Of a stretch of DNA of 64,000 bases, positions 39,091 through 48,975 are shown one piece after another. The notes under the pieces are model-generated. The model saw nothing but the letters and a program-made list of their open reading frames with translations, was not told the DNA's origin and searched no databases. Both the position numbers and the translations under genes were made by a program. Each line of letters starts with the position of its first letter. The stretch's first letter is position 1. The DNA is from Bacteroidales bacterium (GTDB lineage Bacteria; Bacteroidota; Bacteroidia; Bacteroidales; WCHB1-69): the NCBI GenBank assembly GCA_017551725.1, contig JAFZKY010000037.1, positions 18,071 through 82,070 of the forward strand. The letters are read 5' to 3'.

Positions 39091-42000
39091 TTATTCAAAT
39101 TTAACATCCAAACCGAGACCGCGCAACTCGTTGACCAGCACGTTGAAAGACTCGGGAATGCCGGACTGCGGCATATTGTCGCCCTTCACGATGGCCTCGT
39201 ACGCCTTGGCTCTGCCGACCACGTCGTCGGACTTCACCGTCAGGATCTCCTGAAGCACGTTGGATGCACCATAGGCCTCGATAGCCCAGACCTCCATCTC
39301 ACCGAAACGCTGACCACCGAATTGGGCCTTACCGCCGAGCGGCTGTTGGGTGATGAGGGAGTACGGTCCAATGGAACGAGCGTGCATCTTGTCGTCCACC
39401 ATGTGATGCAATTTGAGATAATAGATGTAACCGACCGTAGCCTTCTGATGGAACGGCTCGCCCGTCTCGCCATCGTACAGCTGCGTGCTGCCGTTTTCGG
39501 GCAGGCCCGCCTGACGCATGTACTCGTTGATCTGGTCGATGGAGGCACCGTCGAAGATCGGGGTGGCGAACTTGACACCCAGCTTCTTGCCGGCCCAGCC
39601 GAGAACGGTCTCGTAAATCTGACCCAAGTTCATACGGGAAGGCACACCCAGCGGGTTCAGCACCACATCCACAGGACGACCGTCCGCAAGGAACGGGAGG
39701 TCTTCCTGCTTCACGATCTTGGCCACACAACCCTTGTTACCGTGACGACCGGCCATCTTGTCACCGATGCGCAGCTTGCGCTTGTTGGCGATATAGACCT
39801 TGGCCATTTGCACGATGCCGGCAGGCAGCTCCGTACCGATCGTTGCATCGAACACCTCGCGCGTCTTCCGTGCGGTGATGTCGCGAACCTTGACCAGGTA
39901 GTTGCGGATGATGTCGGCCACCAGACCGTTGACCTTGCTGTCGTTCGTCCACTTGGTGATGGCCACCGTGGTGAAATCGACCGTGTTCAACAGTTTCTGG
40001 GAGAACTTGGCACCCTTTTGGATGACCACATTCTTGGCATTGTCATGGATATTGTGGGCAATCTTGCCTTCCAGGATACGATACAGTTTGGAGACAGCCA
40101 CCTCATGCAACTTGTCGTATTCCACCTGGTATTTGTCCTCGATGGATTTGACCAGATCCTTGTCCTTGGCTTTGGACTTGCGGTCCTTCACCAAGCGGGA
40201 CAAAGACTTGGAACCGATCACCACGCCCTTCATACCCGGGGTGGCTTTCAGGGAAGCGTCCTTCACATCGCCGGCCTTATCGCCGAAGATAGCGCGAAGC
40301 AGCTTCTCTTCCGGAGTCGGATAGGACTCGCCCTTAGGCGTAATCTTACCGATGAGGATATCGCCCTCATTGACCTCGGCACCCACGCGGATAAGACCAT
40401 CCTCGTTCAAGTCCTTGGTAGCCTCGTTGGACACGTTGGGGATATCGTTGGTCAATTCCTCGATACCGCGCTTGGTGTCGCGCACCTCCAAAGTGAACGA
40501 CTCAATATGGATGGATGTATAAAGGTCGTCATTGACGGCTTTCTCGGAAATCACGACAGCATCCTCGAAGTTGTATCCCTTCCAAGGCATGAAGGCCACC
40601 ATCAGGTTGCGGCCCAAAGCCAACTCTCCGTTCTCCGTGGCATAGCCCTCGGTGAGAACATCGCCCTTCTGCACTTTCTGTCCTTTCACCACGATCGGAC
40701 GCATGTTGATACAAGAGTTCTGGTTGGTTCTGCGGAACTTGAGCAGCTCGTAATTCTTCACGTTGGAATCGAAGCTGACCAGACGCTCGGTTTCCAATTC
40801 TTCGTATTCGATTTCAATATGGGTGGCATCCACAGACTTCACCACGCCAGTGCCCTCGGCCACGAGGACCACGCGGGAATCAACAGCCACCTGGTGTTCC
40901 AGGCCCGTACCCACGATAGGAGCTTCCGGACGAAGCAAAGGCACGGCCTGGCGCATCATGTTGGAACCCATCAACGCACGGTTAGCGTCGTCGTTCTCCA
41001 GGAACGGGATCAAGGAGGCGGCGATGGAGGCAATCTGGTTCGGCGCAATGTCGATCATGTCGATTTCCTCACGCGGGAGGATCGGGTAATCGGCCAGACG
41101 ACGGGCTTTCACCTTCTCGCCTAGCAAGCCGTTCTCATCCATCGGCGTGTTGGCCTGTGCGATACGGAGGTTGTCCTCCTCCTCGGCAGTCAGGAACACG
41201 GGCGGTTCGTCGAAACGGACCTGACCGTTGACCACGCGACGATACGGCGTGGCGATGAAGCCGAGGTTGTTGATCTTGGCGAACACACAAAGGGAGGAGA
41301 TAAGACCGATGTTCGGGCCTTCAGGGGTCTCGATGGTACAAAGACGACCATAGTGCGTGTAGTGTACGTCACGGACCTCGAAGCCGGCACGCTCACGCGA
41401 CAGACCTCCAGGACCCAAAGCGGAAATCCTGCGCTTGTGGGTGATTTCAGACAGCGGATTCGTCTGGTCCATGAACTGGGACAGCTGGTTGGTTCCGAAG
41501 AAGGAATTCACCACAGACGAAAGCGTCTTGGCGTTGATCAAGTCCACCGGGGCGAACACTTCGTGGTCACGCACGTTCATCTTTTCACGGATGGTGCGGG
41601 CCATACGGTTCAAGCCCACGCTGAACTGGTTGTATAATTGTTCCCCGACGGTACGGATACGACGGTTGCTCAAGTGGTCGATATCGTCCACCTCAGTCTT
41701 CGAGTTGATCAACTCGATCAAATAGCGGATGATGGAGATGATGTCCTCGTTGGTGAGCACACCCGTTTCCATGGGGATGTTCAGATTCAGTTTCTTGTTG
41801 ATACGATAACGGCCAACTTCGCCGAGGTCGTAACGTTTGTCGGAGAAGAAGAGCTTGTCCAACGTGGCACGGGCCGTCTCCTCGTCGGGAGCTGCCGTGC
41901 TCTTCAGCTGCAGGTAGATGTAGTCGATAGCTTCACGGCCGGAGTTGGTCGGGTCCTTCTGCAACGTGTTGAAAATCACGGAGTAGTCAATCTGCTTCTC

Positions 42001-42891
42001 GTCTGTTTTATGGAAGAGCACCGTCTTGATGTTGGCATCCGTAATCATGTTGATATGTTGCTTCTCAAAAACGGTCTCGCGGTCGATGATCACCTCGGTA
42101 CGCTCGATGTTGACGACCTCACCGGTTTCGTCATCGACGAAGTCCTCGCACCACGTCTTGGTGACGGCGGCGGCGAATTTCTCGCCTAAGAACTTCTTCA
42201 GGTTTGCCTTGGTAGCCTTGACTTCATGGGCAATGTCGAAGATGCTCAAAATGTCCTTGTCGGTCTCATAACCGATGGCACGGAGCAACGTGGTCACCGG
42301 GAGTTTCTTCTTCCGGTCGATATAAGCGTACATCACGTTGTTGATGTCGGTGGTGAACTCCATCCAGGAACCCTTGAAGGGGATGATACGGGCGGAGTAC
42401 AACGGCGTTCCGTTGGTGTGGTAGGAGAATCCGAAGAACACACCTGGCGAACGGTGCAACTGCGACACGACCACACGCTCGGCGCCATTGATGATGAAGG
42501 TGCCGCGGGGGGTCATGTAGGGGATCATGCCCAGATAGACATCTTGGATGATGGTCTCGAAGTCCTCGTGCTCGACATCATTGCAGGAGAGCTTGAGTTT
42601 CGCCTTCAAGGGGACGCTGAACGTCAGGCCTCTTTCCAGGCATTCGTCCATGGTGTAACGAGGGGCGTCGATGGAGTAATCCAAGAACTCCAGGACGTAG
42701 CTGCCTCTCGCATCCGTGATGGGGAAATTTTCGGCAAACGCGCGGTACAGGCCCTCATTATGGCGACATTCGGCATCCGTGTCAATTTGGAAGAACTCCT
42801 CAAACGACTTGAGTTGGATATCCAGAAAATCCGGATAGGGCACCGGTCTCGTGGTTGCAAAGCTTATTCTGTTGTTATTATTAGTTGCCAA
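39091..42891 (-). CDS. rpoB: DNA-directed RNA polymerase subunit beta
   Basis: Conserved throughout ([18 protein letters not shown], etc.). There is no in-frame ATG upstream of the conserved N-terminus. The candidate starts are TTG at 42891 (preferred, giving [11 protein letters not shown]) and TTG at 42945. Confidence 0.97.
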   Translation of the reverse strand: MATNNNNRISFATTRPVPYPDFLDIQLKSFEEFFQIDTDAECRHNEGLYRAFAENFPITDARGSYVLEFLDYSIDAPRYTMDECLERGLTFSVPLKAKLKLSCNDVEHEDFETIIQDVYLGMIPYMTPRGTFIINGAERVVVSQLHRSPGVFFGFSYHTNGTPLYSARIIPFKGSWMEFTTDINNVMYAYIDRKKKLPVTTLLRAIGYETDKDILSIFDIAHEVKATKANLKKFLGEKFAAAVTKTWCEDFVDDETGEVVNIERTEVIIDRETVFEKQHINMITDANIKTVLFHKTDEKQIDYSVIFNTLQKDPTNSGREAIDYIYLQLKSTAAPDEETARATLDKLFFSDKRYDLGEVGRYRINKKLNLNIPMETGVLTNEDIISIIRYLIELINSKTEVDDIDHLSNRRIRTVGEQLYNQFSVGLNRMARTIREKMNVRDHEVFAPVDLINAKTLSSVVNSFFGTNQLSQFMDQTNPLSEITHKRRISALGPGGLSRERAGFEVRDVHYTHYGRLCTIETPEGPNIGLISSLCVFAKINNLGFIATPYRRVVNGQVRFDEPPVFLTAEEEDNLRIAQANTPMDENGLLGEKVKARRLADYPILPREEIDMIDIAPNQIASIAASLIPFLENDDANRALMGSNMMRQAVPLLRPEAPIVGTGLEHQVAVDSRVVLVAEGTGVVKSVDATHIEIEYEELETERLVSFDSNVKNYELLKFRRTNQNSCINMRPIVVKGQKVQKGDVLTEGYATENGELALGRNLMVAFMPWKGYNFEDAVVISEKAVNDDLYTSIHIESFTLEVRDTKRGIEELTNDIPNVSNEATKDLNEDGLIRVGAEVNEGDILIGKITPKGESYPTPEEKLLRAIFGDKAGDVKDASLKATPGMKGVVIGSKSLSRLVKDRKSKAKDKDLVKSIEDKYQVEYDKLHEVAVSKLYRILEGKIAHNIHDNAKNVVIQKGAKFSQKLLNTVDFTTVAITKWTNDSKVNGLVADIIRNYLVKVRDITARKTREVFDATIGTELPAGIVQMAKVYIANKRKLRIGDKMAGRHGNKGCVAKIVKQEDLPFLADGRPVDVVLNPLGVPSRMNLGQIYETVLGWAGKKLGVKFATPIFDGASIDQINEYMRQAGLPENGSTQLYDGETGEPFHQKATVGYIYYLKLHHMVDDKMHARSIGPYSLITQQPLGGKAQFGGQRFGEMEVWAIEAYGASNVLQEILTVKSDDVVGRAKAYEAIVKGDNMPQSGIPESFNVLVNELRGLGLDVKFE

Positions 42892-42971
42892 GGCTTTTAG
42901 AATTAATTTTTGGAAAAAAATTCTCTGACTTTTCGGGAATACCAATCAGCGGGTATTTAAAACAACAATAA

Positions 42972-43006
42972 GTACAATCACTTCCACCGGAGTGGAAGTG
43001 TTGTAC
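42972..43006 (-). terminator. rplL-rpoB intergenic hairpin (attenuator/partial terminator)
   Basis: GTACAA.CACTTCCAC-(4 nt loop)-GTGGAAGTG.TTGTAC, followed on the coding strand by TTATTGTTGTTTT. Confidence 0.55.
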
Positions 43007-43029
43007 TATTGCAAAGATTATAGGGAAAA

Positions 43030-43407
43030 CTATTTAATTTCCACTTCGGCGCCGGCTTCTTCGAGAGATTTCTTCAAAGATTCGGCTTCGTCTTTGGAAA
43101 CGCCTTCCTTAACGGCCTTGGGAGCACCGTCAACCAATTCCTTGGCTTCTTTCAGACCGAGGCTGGTCAGTTCCTTCACCAGCTTGACGACCTGCAATTT
43201 CTGAGCGCCAGCGGCTTTCAGAATCACATCGAATTCGGTCTTCTCTTCAGCGGCGGCAGCGGCGCCAGCTGCGGGACCAGCGGCCACGGCGACTGCGGCG
43301 GCGGCGGGCTCGATACCGTATTCTTCTTTCAAAATCTGAGCTAACTCGTTAACTTCTTTAACGGTCAAGTTCACTAATTGTTCTGCAAATGCTTTCAAAT
43401 CTGCCAT
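43030..43407 (-). CDS. rplL: 50S ribosomal protein L7/L12
   Basis: 125 aa with an Ala-rich hinge and the C-terminal domain [19 protein letters not shown]. Confidence 0.97.
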   Translation of the reverse strand: MADLKAFAEQLVNLTVKEVNELAQILKEEYGIEPAAAAVAVAAGPAAGAAAAAEEKTEFDVILKAAGAQKLQVVKLVKELTSLGLKEAKELVDGAPKAVKEGVSKDEAESLKKSLEEAGAEVEIK

Positions 43408-43458
43408 AATTGTATTTTTTTAAATGTTTTTACTAAATGATTTTTTTATTGATTGTAA

Positions 43459-43980
43459 TTATTCTGCTCTTTCGGACAGTGTTTTGACGATGCCAGCGAG
43501 CTTGCCGCCACCAGACTGCAATGCGGAGATCACATTCTTGGCCGGTGACTGGAGCAAACCGATGATGTCGCCGATCAATTCCTCGCGGGACTTGATGTTG
43601 CACAGGGCTTCCAGGTTCTCATCGCCGATGTAGGCGGTTTCCTCGATGAACGCGGCCTTGATGATGGGCTTCGCATTCTTGGCGCGGAACTCCTTGATCA
43701 TCTTCGCAGGCACGTTGCCCGTGTTGCAAAGCATGATGGCGGTGGCACCGTTCAGCGTGGGATAGATTTCGGAATAGTCGGATGCGGACTGGTCCATGGC
43801 GCGCTTCAGAAGGGTGTTCTTCACCACTTTCAGCTTCACGTCGCGCTTGAAACACTGTCTGCGCAGCTGATTGACCGTACTAACTGTGAAACCGGAAATG
43901 TCTGTTACATATACGTTGGCATAGTTAGCTAAGTCCTGAGCTATTTCCTCAATGATTTGGCTTTTCTGTTCTTTTTTCAT
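43459..43980 (-). CDS. rplJ: 50S ribosomal protein L10
   Basis: 173 aa, located between rplA and rplL, with L10-like sequence. Confidence 0.93.
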   Translation of the reverse strand: MKKEQKSQIIEEIAQDLANYANVYVTDISGFTVSTVNQLRRQCFKRDVKLKVVKNTLLKRAMDQSASDYSEIYPTLNGATAIMLCNTGNVPAKMIKEFRAKNAKPIIKAAFIEETAYIGDENLEALCNIKSREELIGDIIGLLQSPAKNVISALQSGGGKLAGIVKTLSERAE

Positions 43981-43998
43981 ACTAACTAAACTTTAAGA

Positions 43999-44694
43999 TT
44001 ATAATGTAACGGATTTGGGATCCACTTGTACTCCGGGACTCATCGTCGTGGAGAGGTAGATGCTCTTGACATACGTACCCTTGGCGGAAGTCGGTTTCAG
44101 CTTGATGATCGTGCTCATCATTTCGCGCACGTTGTCCACCAACTGGTCAACTGTGAAGCGGTTCTTGCCGACGGACGAGTGGATGATACCATACTTGTCC
44201 ACCTTGAAGTCGATCTTACCGCCCTTCACCTCGGTAACGGCCTTGCCCACCTCCATGGTCACGGTGCCGGACTTGGGGTTCGGCATCAAGCCACGGGGAC
44301 CGAGAATACGGCCCAGGGCACCTATCTTCGGCATCACGCTCGGCATGGTGATGATCACATCGACGTCGGTCCAGCCTTGCTTGATCTTGTCAACGTATTC
44401 ATCCAGGCCCACGTAATCAGCTCCGGCGGCTTTCGCTTCTTCCTCCTTGTCGGGGGTGCAGAGGGCCAGCACACGGACCACCTTGCCTGTCCCGTGAGGG
44501 AGAGTCACGATACCACGCACCATCTGGTTGGCTTTTCGAGGGTCAACGCCCAAACGGACGTCAATGTCGAAAGACGCATCAAATTTGGTGTAGGTAAGGT
44601 CTTTCACCGTCTGGACAGCTTCCGGAAGGTTGTACACTTTACTCTTATCAAATTTAGCAAAAGCCTCTTTGCGTTTTTTTGATATTTTAGCCAT
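43999..44694 (-). CDS. rplA: 50S ribosomal protein L1
   Basis: 231 aa with typical L1 motifs such as [11 protein letters not shown]-like ([13 protein letters not shown]). Confidence 0.96.
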   Translation of the reverse strand: MAKISKKRKEAFAKFDKSKVYNLPEAVQTVKDLTYTKFDASFDIDVRLGVDPRKANQMVRGIVTLPHGTGKVVRVLALCTPDKEEEAKAAGADYVGLDEYVDKIKQGWTDVDVIITMPSVMPKIGALGRILGPRGLMPNPKSGTVTMEVGKAVTEVKGGKIDFKVDKYGIIHSSVGKNRFTVDQLVDNVREMMSTIIKLKPTSAKGTYVKSIYLSTTMSPGVQVDPKSVTL

Positions 44695-44715
44695 TTGATT
44701 GTGTTTTACTTGTTA

Positions 44716-45165
44716 TTAATTCTTTTCAAAAGGATTCTGGCCTCCCTTGACGTTGACACCCATGCTGCGGGCCGTGCCGGCCACCATAGACATGGCGGAC
44801 TCCAGCTCGAAACAGTTCAAATCCGGCATCTTCAGTTCGGCGATGCTGCGGACCTGGTCCCAAGTGATGGTACCCACCTTGTTGCGGTTGGGCTCTCCAG
44901 AACCTTTTTGAAGTTTTGCTGCTTCCTTAACTTGAACAGCTACAGGGGGGGTCTTCGTGATGAAATCGAATGACTTATCCTTGTAAACCGTAATCACCAC
45001 GGGGATGATCTTCCCAGCCAAATCCTGTGTACGGGAATTGAACTGTTTGCAGAACTCCATGATGTTCACGCCCTTGGAACCCAATGCGGGACCAACTGGC
45101 GGTGACGGATTGGCGGCACCTCCCTTGATTTGTAACTTAATTAATCCAGCTACTTCTTTTGCCAT
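44716..45165 (-). CDS. rplK: 50S ribosomal protein L11
   Basis: 149 aa; [20 protein letters not shown] is the L11 signature. Confidence 0.96.
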   Translation of the reverse strand: MAKEVAGLIKLQIKGGAANPSPPVGPALGSKGVNIMEFCKQFNSRTQDLAGKIIPVVITVYKDKSFDFITKTPPVAVQVKEAAKLQKGSGEPNRNKVGTITWDQVRSIAELKMPDLNCFELESAMSMVAGTARSMGVNVKGGQNPFEKN

Positions 45166-45205
45166 TTTTTTAATGAATTTTATTGTTTGTAACTATTCAG
45201 CCGCG

Positions 45206-45760
45206 TTATATTTTTTCAACCTGCATAAAACCCAGCTCCAGCGGGGTCTTACGGCCGAAGATTTTCACCATAATCTTCAGCTTCTTCTTCTCCGTATCAA
45301 TCTCTTCGATGATGCCGTTGAAGGTATTGAAAGGTCCGTCAATAACCTTGATCTCCTCACCCACCACGTAGGGCTGCATGAACGTCTCGTCTTGCGACAT
45401 GAGCTCATCCACCTTACCTAACAGGCGAGACACTTCGGCCGGACGCAGGGCCACCGGCGGGTCACTTTTGTGCTTGCAACCCACGAAGCCCAACACACCC
45501 GGAACGTCCAGCAGCGCCCCGGCAACCTCCCCCGTCATAGCTGCCTCCACAAAGATGTAGCTCGGGAAATAATTGCGCTCGGTCACCACCTTCTTACCGC
45601 TCTTCGTGCTATGGAAAACTTTCTCGGTCGGAATCAAGACTTTCGTCACATAGTCCTTCAGATGGGAAAGCTCAACCTCGGTCTCGATGTTCTGCTTCAC
45701 CTTCTTCTCGGTACCCGTGACCGCCTTGATCACATACCACTTGCGTTCAACTTCTGCCAT
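45206..45760 (-). CDS. nusG: Transcription termination/antitermination factor NusG
   Basis: KWYVIKAVTGTEKKV forms the NGN domain and a C-terminal KOW follows (GEEIKVIDGPFNTFNGII). The start was chosen at ATG 45760. Confidence 0.93.
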   Translation of the reverse strand: MAEVERKWYVIKAVTGTEKKVKQNIETEVELSHLKDYVTKVLIPTEKVFHSTKSGKKVVTERNYFPSYIFVEAAMTGEVAGALLDVPGVLGFVGCKHKSDPPVALRPAEVSRLLGKVDELMSQDETFMQPYVVGEEIKVIDGPFNTFNGIIEEIDTEKKKLKIMVKIFGRKTPLELGFMQVEKI

Positions 45761-45799
45761 GACTCGGTATTTAGGATATAACACTGACTATGAAGAAGA

Positions 45800-45994
45800 C
45801 TAAACAGCCGTGGCCGGGAACAACAATCCCATGCCGGCATTGAAGATGATGTCCATCAAAAACACGATTAACGCGATTATTAGGGAAGCAATAGACACCA
45901 CCACAACACTATTTCCAAGCTCCTGCATGGTGGGCCAACTCGTCTTGTGAACCAGCTCATCATACATTTCCTTAAAATAATTAACTATTTTCAT
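45800..45994 (-). CDS. secE: Preprotein translocase subunit SecE
   Basis: 64 aa with a single TM helix, immediately upstream of nusG. Confidence 0.85.
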   Translation of the reverse strand: MKIVNYFKEMYDELVHKTSWPTMQELGNSVVVVSIASLIIALIVFLMDIIFNAGMGLLFPATAV

Positions 45995-46179
45995 CTTCTT
46001 CTATTTTTTATATTATTCGAATTTTTAGAAACTTTTTTCGCACTTTATGCACCACACACTACTCCCCTACTAACCAACCATTGTTAAAAAATATCGTTTC
46101 AACTTGCCTTAAACCACATACTTACAAATCATATCCCCTCAAACACGCAAGGCCTTTTGCCGATTTTCTAACAAGTTGG

Positions 46180-46187
46180 CAAATATA
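46180..46187 (-). promoter_or_regulatory. Candidate -7 box (TATATTTG) for the secE-nusG-rpl operon
   Basis: CAAATATA on the plus strand with a TTTG element 15 nt upstream on the coding strand. It lies about 186 nt before the secE ATG. Confidence 0.3.
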
Positions 46188-46239
46188 GCATTTTTTTAAT
46201 TCCAAATGCCTTAAAAAAAAGTTTTTTTTATTTGTGGCA

Positions 46240-46932
46240 TTATTTTTGTTTGGAGGGCTCTCCGGCACCCCCGACAGCCAGCCGCACATACGAAATGGTG
46301 CGCCCTTCCGCCAGCCACATTTTCTCATAGAAAGTCTGTATCCCCGTCAATATGTCGGCACACGGCTGCGCATACACATCCTCCACATCTTCAAGAACTT
46401 GCCAGCCCGCCAACGGAGCCGTTTCCAACACGTACGCATACAGCATCCGACTGTCCGTCTTCAGATTCAAAATACCCCCCTCCGCCGGCAACACCGCCCG
46501 GTAATAGTCCACAAAGCGCGGCGACACCAGCCGCCTGCGCTCACTCTTCGGCTGCGGGTCCGGGAAAGTGACCCATATCTCGCTCACCTCGCCCGGCGCA
46601 AAATAATACCCAATATTGTCAATGGAAATACGCAGGAAAGCCACATTCTGCAACCCCTCTTCCAACGCATCCTTGCAGCCGCGCCACAACCGCGCCCCCT
46701 TGCGATCCACCCCTATGTAGTTCACATCCGGATTGCGGCGAGCCAACGCCAGCGTGTAGTCGCCCTTGCCACATCCCAACTCCACCACAATGGGATTGTC
46801 GTTGTGGAAATAGTCCCTACCCCACTGTCCCTTCAGCGGGAAGGGAATCCCCTGACGGTCGTAGTTCGTGTGCTGGAAAAGATTGCCGAAAGTCTCGTTC
46901 TCGGCGAAGCGTGCTAATTTGTGTTTTGCCAT
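46240..46932 (-). CDS. trmB: tRNA (guanine46-N7)-methyltransferase
   Basis: 230 aa with the SAM motif VELGCGKGDY, plus FPDPQPK. Confidence 0.88.
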   Translation of the reverse strand: MAKHKLARFAENETFGNLFQHTNYDRQGIPFPLKGQWGRDYFHNDNPIVVELGCGKGDYTLALARRNPDVNYIGVDRKGARLWRGCKDALEEGLQNVAFLRISIDNIGYYFAPGEVSEIWVTFPDPQPKSERRRLVSPRFVDYYRAVLPAEGGILNLKTDSRMLYAYVLETAPLAGWQVLEDVEDVYAQPCADILTGIQTFYEKMWLAEGRTISYVRLAVGGAGEPSKQK

Positions 46933-47068
46933 ATTTTGTGAACTTAGAAACTATGAACTTTAATTCTAATTATTTGCCACAGCACAATGGTGCCGGAACG
47001 GGAAAATTCCCCTTCCCAGGAAGGGGAGTTTGGCTTCCGCCTCTGCCGCCTGCAGCCGCAAATCAAAT

Positions 47069-47110
47069 AACCTTATAATCATCACAAACCTTATAATCAT
47101 TATAAACCTT
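47069..47110. repeat. 18-nt (9-nt sub-period) tandem repeat AACCTTATAATCAT(C/T)A(C/T)A, about 2.4 copies
   Basis: AACCTTATAATCATCACA AACCTTATAATCATTATA AACCTT, abutting the ABC exporter stop codon. It is the reverse-complement flavour of the 8926-8975 repeat (TAAGGTTTG). Confidence 0.75.
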
Positions 47111-48911
47111 ACGAGCCTCGAACACCTTCCCCGCTCTCTACCATACTCCTGTACACGCCTGCGCGCGCGAGCAGTTCTTCGTGTGTGCCCGTTTCCACCA
47201 CACGCCCGTTCTCCAAAACGATGATCCGGTCGGCGTGGCGGATGGTGCTGAGCCGGTGCGCGACCACCAGCACGGTGCGCTCCTTCATCACGCGGGCTAA
47301 GGCTTGCTGCACGCTCTTTTCCGATTCGGTGTCCATAGCCGAGGTGGCCTCGTCCAGAATCAGGATGGGCGCGTTGCGCACCACGGCACGCGCAATGCTG
47401 ATGCGCTGCCGCTGCCCGCCCGAAAGGTTGAGTCCCCGGTCGCCGATAGCATATTGCAGCCCGTTGGGAAGCGCGGCCACGAACTCTCCTAGATTGGCCA
47501 CCTCCAACGCCCGCATCACCTCTTCCTCCGGGATGTCTGTGCGCCCCATCGTCACGTTGCGGTACAGCGTGTCGTTGAACAGGACCACATCCTGCGACAC
47601 CAAAGCGAACAAGGAGCGGTAGTCGTGCAGCCGGTATTCCCGAATGTCAATCCCATCCAACAGAATTCGTCCGTCGGTCGGGTCGTAAAAGCGTTCCACA
47701 AGATCAGTCAGCGTGCTCTTGCCGGCTCCGGAGGGACCCACCAACGCCACCATCTCGCCCCGACGGATATCAAAGGTCACATCCTGAATTACTGGATTCT
47801 CGCCATAAGAGAAAGTCAGATGGTCGAAGCGCAGTGATTCGCGGAAGGCATCCACAGCAATCGGCTTTGCCGCCTCGGGAATCTGTTCTTCCGCCAAGAG
47901 CAGCTCACGCACACGGTCCAAAGCAGCCAAGCCACGACGGTAGTTGGCCCCTGCCGTAGAGAGCGACTTCAAGGGTTCTATAACCTGGGTAAACATCGCG
48001 ATGTAGGTGATGAACATCTCAGCGGTCAGGCTCATCTTGTTGGCCAGCACCATGTTGCCACCCACTACAAGTACAATCATCACAATGATGACACCCAAGA
48101 ACTCGCTCAACGGGGAAGCCAGGTCCGTGCGCCGGTATATGCGCGTCTGCACATCGGTAAAATCATCGTTCAGCCGCTCGAACACATCCTTCGCATTCCG
48201 CTGGGCGTTGAATCCCTTGATGATGCGCAACCCGCCGACACTCTCCTCCACATGCGAGAGCAACGAGCCAAGGCGTTCCTTCGAGGCGCGCGTCTGCCGG
48301 CGAAGCCGTTTCGACACCCGACTGATGATCAAGAAGGCCAACGGCATCAGCAAGAGGGAGAAGATCGTAAGCGGAGCGTCAATCATAAACAGGGCCACCA
48401 GGAAGATGAACAACGTCACCGGGTCCGTCATGAACGAGCGCAGCGAGGTGAGCGTTGTATGCTCTACCTCCTGGGTGTCGTTCACCGCGCGAGACACAAT
48501 ATCCCCCCGCTGACGGGCCGTGAAATAGCCCAAGGGCAGATCCAGGATTTTGTCATACACCTCGTTGCGGAGCGTCATCAGCAGATGGCTGCGCATGGAG
48601 GCCATCACCCATTGCGAAGCGTAGGCGAAGAAGTCCTTCAAGAAATAGAGCAGCAAAGCCAACAGCAGCAACCCCAAAAGGGGCAGCGCTCCCGAATCGA
48701 AATGCAGCCAAGGGAGCATGCGATTCATGAAAAACGAGGTTACAGGACTGAGGTCCTGCATGGAGACATGGAAGAGGATTTTACAAAAAGGCTCTATCAA
48801 AAGGAACACCAGAATGGTAAGCAAGACAGAGCATAGGTTGAGCAGAAAAACAACAAACAACCGTCCGGGATACCGGCGAAAGAGCGAAAGCATGAAGTTG
48901 TTGTTTTTCAT
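47109..48911 (-). CDS. ABC transporter, fused permease/ATPase (MsbA-like exporter)
   Basis: Six-TM N-terminal domain, then GPSGAGKST, LSGGQRQRISIAR and ILILDEATSAMD. The start was chosen at ATG 48911. Confidence 0.88.
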   Translation of the reverse strand: MKNNNFMLSLFRRYPGRLFVVFLLNLCSVLLTILVFLLIEPFCKILFHVSMQDLSPVTSFFMNRMLPWLHFDSGALPLLGLLLLALLLYFLKDFFAYASQWVMASMRSHLLMTLRNEVYDKILDLPLGYFTARQRGDIVSRAVNDTQEVEHTTLTSLRSFMTDPVTLFIFLVALFMIDAPLTIFSLLLMPLAFLIISRVSKRLRRQTRASKERLGSLLSHVEESVGGLRIIKGFNAQRNAKDVFERLNDDFTDVQTRIYRRTDLASPLSEFLGVIIVMIVLVVGGNMVLANKMSLTAEMFITYIAMFTQVIEPLKSLSTAGANYRRGLAALDRVRELLLAEEQIPEAAKPIAVDAFRESLRFDHLTFSYGENPVIQDVTFDIRRGEMVALVGPSGAGKSTLTDLVERFYDPTDGRILLDGIDIREYRLHDYRSLFALVSQDVVLFNDTLYRNVTMGRTDIPEEEVMRALEVANLGEFVAALPNGLQYAIGDRGLNLSGGQRQRISIARAVVRNAPILILDEATSAMDTESEKSVQQALARVMKERTVLVVAHRLSTIRHADRIIVLENGRVVETGTHEELLARAGVYRSMVESGEGVRGS

Positions 48912-48918
48912 AATGGGT

Positions 48919-48954
48919 AAAAAAAAGGGAGTTGTGTGTTGAGGCACAACTCCC
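48919..48954 (-). terminator. Intrinsic terminator of the giant adhesin gene
   Basis: On the coding strand, GGGAGTTGTG-(8 nt)-CACAACTCCC is followed by TTTTTTTT, 22 nt after the stop. Confidence 0.8.
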
Positions 48955-48975
48955 TGAAAAGTATGATGAATTACA

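Noticed and set aside
45995-46239. The expected tRNA-Trp and tuf upstream of secE-nusG, as found in many bacteria.
   Set aside because: There is no cloverleaf-compatible sequence (no GTTCGAATC-type T arm or matching acceptor stems) in the 245-nt spacer. The upstream gene is trmB. ORF 46122..46328 (68 aa) has no support and overlaps the trmB 3' end.
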